Source of the DNA: Ostreococcus lucimarinus | Lineage: Eukaryota | Length of the DNA stretch: 64,000 nucleotides | Reading direction: 5' to 3' (one strand) | Assembly: GCA_000092065.1 (NCBI GenBank) | Contig: CP000589.1 | Shown: positions 59,985 through 64,000 of the stretch, one piece after another | Numbering within the stretch: position 1 is the first letter of the stretch | How the letters are laid out: each line of letters opens with the position of its first letter | Notes under the pieces: model-generated | Databases searched by the model: none | What the model was told of the DNA's origin: nothing | Seen by the model: only the letters and a program-made list of their open reading frames with translations | Made by a program: the position numbers and the translations under genes

Positions 59985-60133
59985 TCGCCCGCGCTCGCCT
60001 CGGTCCTCGCGCGCGCGTCCCCCGTCGTCATCCCTCCCTCTCGCTCGCTCGCCGCCCGCTGCGCCTTGCTCGCTCGCTGCGTCTTGCTCGACATCTTCGC
60101 CACCGCGCGCGAGAACCACGACTCCTTCCCCAT
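59863..60133 (-). CDS. NDR/LATS kinase, exon 1 (N-terminal regulatory region with a poly-Thr14 tract, and the start of the kinase domain).
   Basis: ATG at 60133: MGKESWFSRAVAKMSSKTQRASKAQRAASE...TTTTTTTTTTTTTT...KRMCVEDFEPLKLIGRGAFG. Donor TTC G|GTGCGTGA at 59862. Intron 59862..59754 (109 nt). The splice restores LIGRGAFGEVRLV. Cross-checked against track ORF 59855..60133. Confidence 0.75.
59941..59982. repeat. (ACG)14 / (CGT)14 trinucleotide repeat encoding poly-Thr in NDR kinase exon 1.
   Basis: gtcgtcgtcgtcgtcgtcgtcgtcgtcgtcgtcgtcgtcgtc on the plus strand. Confidence 0.7.
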
Positions 60134-60525
60134 GTCGTCGCCGCGCCTCGTTCGTTCGTTCGTTCGTTCGAATCAAATCTCAAATCCGACCCCTCGTCGT
60201 CGCCGTCGTCGCGACGCGTTCGATCCCGATCGACGCGCGACGCCGCGCGTCGTCGTCCTTCGTCGCGCTCGCGCGGTCGCCGCGTCGCGATCGCCGTCGC
60301 TCGACGATCCGGGTCGCGTCGTCGCGCGCGCGCGAGTGCCGAGCTCGATCGATCGATCGAACGCGTCGCGTCGCGCGCGTCGACCGCGCGACCGCGGCGC
60401 CGGTCGACGACGCGCCGGCGCGCGGCGCGCGCGACGACGCCGACGCGCGCGCGCGACGTCGCGGCGCGCGACGGTCGGATTGGATGTCGTTTCGGACGCG
60501 CCGCGTCGGCACACGCGCGCGCATG

Positions 60526-60561
<36 letters not shown>

Positions 60562-61349
60562 ACGCGACGCGTGCTGCGCGACGTCGTCCGCGCGCGACGC
60601 GCGCTTCGCGAGATCCGCGCGTCGCTCGACGCGAATCGCGCGCGGACGACGCGCGATTCGCGTCGAGCGTCGCGACGCGCGCGGTCGGACGCCGCGCGCG
60701 CGATCGCGCGCGACGCGAAGCGCGCGTCGAAGCGCGACGAAACGGACGCGCGAACGGCGACGGCGGCGACGCGCGCGCGGTTGGCGACGGCGGCGACGCG
60801 CGCGCGCGAGACGAGCGAGACGCTCGCGGCGGCGCTCGCGGCGGCGGCCGACGCGCGAGGCGGCGCGCGAGCGCTCGAGGACGCGCGAGGCGAGGTCGAG
60901 GACGCGAGGCGAGCGATTCGGGACGGCGCGCGCGCGATCGAGGCGCGCGCGAGGGCGATCGGGGCGACGATGGCGGCGACGGCGGCGGACGTCGAGGACG
61001 CGACGGAGGCGCGAGACGCGCGCGAGCGCGCGAGGCGGGCGACGGAGGCGGATTTCGAGCGCGCGCTCGCGCGCGAGCGGCGCGCGTGCGAGCGCGCGAT
61101 CGATGCGATGGACGCGCGCGCGCGCGATTGCGTCGTCGACGTCGCCGTCGCTCGACGCGGCGTCGCGTAACGTCACGTCAATGTAAAGTCAGTGTAATGT
61201 AATGTAACGTCAATGCAATGTAATGCGGCGCGTCGTAACGCGACGCGACGGACGCCGCGCCGACGGACGCCGCCTCGAATCGACGCCGCGTCGACGCGCG
61301 CGTCGGCGTCGCGTCGACGCGCGCGTCGACGTCGTCTCGCGTCGACGCG

Positions 61350-62441
61350 ATGACGATTTCATTCGCCGCGGCGGCGGCGGCGGCTTCGACGTCGACCGCG
61401 CGCGCGCGTCGACCGCGCGCGCGCGTCGACGCGGCGACGCGCGACGGCGACGGCGACCGCGCGCGTCGCCGCGTCGTCTGTCGCCTCGCGCGCGCGCCGC
61501 AGCGGCTGAGCGCCAACAAAAAGCGCGCGAAGCGCGAGCGCGAGGACGCGCGGCGAGAGGCGCGAAAAGTGTCGCGCGAGGACGGCGCGCTGCGCGGCCG
61601 GGTCGAGGACGCCGAGCACGAGGCGCGACGGTGGCTCGGACAACACTTTTTGGTGGACGCGAGCGTGGTGACGGACGCGGTGGAGGCGGCGAGGCTGGGA
61701 GCGGGGGAGCGAGTGCTGGAGATTGGACCGGGGACGGGAAACTTGACGAACGAGATGCTGAAGCGCGGGGCGCGCGTGTTGGCGGTGGAGAAGGATAGGA
61801 ATTTAGCGGAGAAATTACGGGAAGGGTTGTGCGTGGAGTATAAAGATGCGTTCGAGTTGGTGGAGGGGGATTTTTTGAAGTGGGACGGATTGGCGACGGC
61901 GTTTGAGCGCGCGACGCCGGAGACGCCGAGGGCGAAAGTGGTGGCGAATATTCCGTACAACATCACCACAGACGTGTTGAAGGTGTTGCTTCCGATGGGT
62001 GACACGTTTGAGGATATGATTTTTATGTTTCAAGAGGAAGTGGCGCAGCGTTTGGTGCGCGACGACGCCGGCGGCGGAGACTATCGGGCGATGAGCGTTC
62101 GCGTCCACTACTACTCCAAGCCGTATTACATCCGTCCAGTTTTGCGTGATTGCTTCATGCCGCCGCCGAACGTGGAATCGTGTTTAATCGGATTCAAGCC
62201 GAAAGAGCCGCACGAGCTCTTACCCTTGAACGGCACCGACAAGCAATTCTTCACCTTTGTCCAGGCGTGCTTCGCGCAAAAGCGTAAAATGTTACGCAAC
62301 AACCTCAAGGCGGTGTGCGACGAGGCGACGATGGACGGCGCGTTCGCGTTGCTCGACCGCGGACTTAAAGTTCGTCCGCAAGAGCTCACCATGGAGGAGT
62401 ACGTCAAACTATTCAATTTCGTACGCGATCGAGAGACGTGA
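61350..62441 (+). CDS. rRNA adenine N6,N6-dimethyltransferase (KsgA/Dim1 family; probably organellar TFB1M/PFC1-type given the N-terminal presequence).
   Basis: GQHFLVDASVVTDAVEAARLGAGERVLEIGPGTGNLTNEML...VLAVEKDRNLAEKL...ANIPYNITTDVL matches the KsgA SAM-binding motif and fold. The N-terminus MTISFAAAAAAASTSTARARRPRARVDAATRD is presequence-like. Confidence 0.85.
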   Translation: MTISFAAAAAAASTSTARARRPRARVDAATRDGDGDRARRRVVCRLARAPQRLSANKKRAKREREDARREARKVSREDGALRGRVEDAEHEARRWLGQHFLVDASVVTDAVEAARLGAGERVLEIGPGTGNLTNEMLKRGARVLAVEKDRNLAEKLREGLCVEYKDAFELVEGDFLKWDGLATAFERATPETPRAKVVANIPYNITTDVLKVLLPMGDTFEDMIFMFQEEVAQRLVRDDAGGGDYRAMSVRVHYYSKPYYIRPVLRDCFMPPPNVESCLIGFKPKEPHELLPLNGTDKQFFTFVQACFAQKRKMLRNNLKAVCDEATMDGAFALLDRGLKVRPQELTMEEYVKLFNFVRDRET

Positions 62442-62494
62442 GCTCGCGTCTCGCGTCGTTGTAGCATTACATCGTTACCATATAATGTGTACTC

Positions 62495-62767
62495 TCACGC
62501 GCTCGCCTTCATGAACAACTGCACCCCGTGCACGATGCTCCACACCCATCCGACGAAGAACACGAAACACATCAACCACATCATCGCGAAACACTTCAAC
62601 CCTTCGAACGTTTTGTTTGCGGTCACGCACGCGACGAGCGTCCCCACTCCGGGGAAGATGATGTTCAGCACCATGGCGACGATGGCGATCGGTTTTTTCG
62701 CCTTGACGAGGGCATCGTCGTGCGTTTTGCGCAAAAAATCTTGAATCTTTTTCAGCGTGTCGCTCAT
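62495..62767 (-). CDS. Small membrane protein of the Stum/SPEC3 family (90 aa).
   Basis: MSDTLKKIQDFLRKTHDDALVKAKKPIAIVAMVLNIIFPGVGTLVACVTANKTFEGLKCFAMMWLMCFVFFVGWVWSIVHGVQLF carries the LNxxxPGxGTxxA ... GWxWSI signature. ATG at 62767; the track ORF is open from 63073. Confidence 0.5.
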   Translation of the reverse strand: MSDTLKKIQDFLRKTHDDALVKAKKPIAIVAMVLNIIFPGVGTLVACVTANKTFEGLKCFAMMWLMCFVFFVGWVWSIVHGVQLFMKASA

Positions 62768-62919
62768 CTCGTGCTTCGCGCGTTCCAGGCGTCGTCGTCG
62801 TCGAGGGAGAGGCTCGTTTTGACGACGCGGTCGGTCTGGGCGGTCGGTCGGTCGGTCGCGGCGCAAACTGGAATCTGATAAAATACAACACGAATAAAGC
62901 CTAAATGCGGGCGAAGCGC

Positions 62920-63531
62920 TCATCCGAACGTGTTCAACGCGCCCTGGGTTTGCTCTAGAAAGCTCGCGAGTCGCGCGCGGGCGACTTTCGCCGCCGCCGG
63001 CTTGGCGCGCTCCGTCTCGTCGTCGTCCTCCGGCGGCGCGCGCCACGACTCGGCGAGCGGGCCGTCCCACCATCCGAACGGTACGTCCCGCAATCGCGCG
63101 TCGTGCGCTCGCAGAGCCTGCGCTATGAATTCTGCATCCTCAACGCTCACTTTACGCGCGTCTTCGTGCACGGTGGGCGTGAGTAAGACGCCTCCCGGAA
63201 TCGTCCCGGCGTCTCCGCGTCCGCCCAGCAGCGCGCGCGCCAGCGCCGTCGTCGGCGGCGACGCGCGCGAATCGCCGCGTATCATCACCACGCCTCGCGC
63301 GCTCGCGAGATTTAAGTACGCGTTCGACGCGCTCACGCCCCAGCACTTGGCGCACGCCGCGTCGTCGCGCGTCGTCGTCGTCGTCGTCTCGTCGCGCGCT
63401 GTCCCAGGGGGCGTCGCGCGCGCGGCGCCGGCGAAATCCGGCGGCAGCGCCACGGCGAAGATGGCGCGGTAGGGCTCGATGGCGGCGAAAAATGCGTCGC
63501 CTCTGAGCACGCCTCGCGCCGCGCCGCGCAT
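62920..63531 (-). CDS. Hypothetical protein (203 aa), no domain recognised.
   Basis: Non-repetitive ORF (DVPFGWWDGPLAESWRAPPEDDDETERAKPAAAK...). The gene model is uncertain. Confidence 0.3.
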   Translation of the reverse strand: MRGAARGVLRGDAFFAAIEPYRAIFAVALPPDFAGAARATPPGTARDETTTTTTRDDAACAKCWGVSASNAYLNLASARGVVMIRGDSRASPPTTALARALLGGRGDAGTIPGGVLLTPTVHEDARKVSVEDAEFIAQALRAHDARLRDVPFGWWDGPLAESWRAPPEDDDETERAKPAAAKVARARLASFLEQTQGALNTFG

Positions 63532-63663
63532 GGCGATTCCGCGCGTCGCGGAGTGCGCCGGAGCGGGCGCTTTCGAACGCGACGGTTTCGATTCCTCGTG
63601 CTAAAAGTTTGGTCTGCGCTAAAATGTTTCTACTGATTGCGACTGCTCGACCGCGACGTTGGG

Positions 63664-63999
63664 TCAATCCAACCCGTCGTGCGCCTCGACCGCGGCGCCA
63701 CCGCCCGTCATCTCTCGCTTCAACGCGGCGATGCGCTTCGCCACGTCCGGGTCCTCCTCCGCCTCTGACTCGGCGGATTTGCGCTTCTTGGTCGCCTTCT
63801 TCTCCACGTCCTCGGTGATCGGTGTGTTCCACCAGATTGGACCGCCCATGATACCGTCCCCGGAACAACACGAGATGCATCCCGTCTTCACGTTCGGCGT
63901 CAAGCGCTGTTGCGGCGCTCTCGACGCCATCGGCACGCGACAGATGCTCGCCGTGCCGAAATTCGTCGCCGACTTTTGAATCGACAAGAGCGAACACAA
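63664..63999 (-). CDS. Small hypothetical protein with a CxxCC motif and a K-rich acidic tail. It may begin at the internal MASRAPQQ.
   Basis: GCISCCSGDGIMGGPIWWNTPITEDVEKKATKKRKSAESEAEEDPDVAKRIAALKRE. It reaches the window end. Confidence 0.25.
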   Translation of the reverse strand: MCSLLSIQKSATNFGTASICRVPMASRAPQQRLTPNVKTGCISCCSGDGIMGGPIWWNTPITEDVEKKATKKRKSAESEAEEDPDVAKRIAALKREMTGGGAAVEAHDGLD

Positions 64000-64000
64000 A

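Noticed and set aside
1-64000. Transposable elements, tRNA and rRNA genes
   Set aside because: No reverse transcriptase, integrase or transposase-like ORF, and no LTR or TIR pairs recognised. The AT-richer intergenic stretches (for example 43651-43900, 58377-58608) show no cloverleaf-like tRNA structure by eye. This should be checked with tRNAscan-SE and RepeatMasker.

Overview
This 64 kb window reads as nuclear DNA from a very GC-rich (~65-70%), gene-dense eukaryote, not a prokaryote. It contains no CRISPR array, operon or defence island. I can support about 40 protein-coding genes on both strands, roughly one per 1.5 kb, often divergently arranged around short AT-richer promoter islands. 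The gene content points to a green-lineage unicellular alga, probably flagellated and prasinophyte-like, though the organism is an inference. The supporting genes are: a Tic20-like protein, a TL29/APX-like thylakoid-lumen protein with a twin-arginine signal, a DEX1-like FG-GAP protein, a MEKHLA protein, a PPR protein, an ACT-domain STY-type kinase, a plant-type U-box/WD40 ligase, MYB3R, and an axonemal CCDC39/40-like coiled-coil protein. Housekeeping genes include UFD1, UBC9 (SUMO E2), DDX46/PRP5 helicase, ADE2 (PurK-PurE), a KsgA/Dim1 rRNA dimethylase, the mitochondrial ATP synthase delta subunit, DnaJ proteins, a LAMMER kinase, an NDR kinase and NC2alpha/DRAP1.

The most interesting result is a glutathione peroxidase whose catalytic residue is an in-frame TGA at the exact Cys/Sec position, which marks it as a selenoprotein. 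I also found an Orai (CRAC-channel) homologue and a methyltransferase-LRR fusion protein.

Five genes contain short introns (94-241 nt) that the ORF track misses: MYB3R, ATP synthase delta, ZNHIT3, the NDR kinase and the CCDC39/40-like gene. Their 5' splice sites recur as G|GTGCGY. Several microsatellites and tandem duplications mark promoters, introns or low-complexity coding regions.

Many long ORFs antisense to real genes are composition artefacts of the high GC content and are rejected. ORF-track coordinates are exact; exon boundaries I derived by hand may be off by 1-2 nt.
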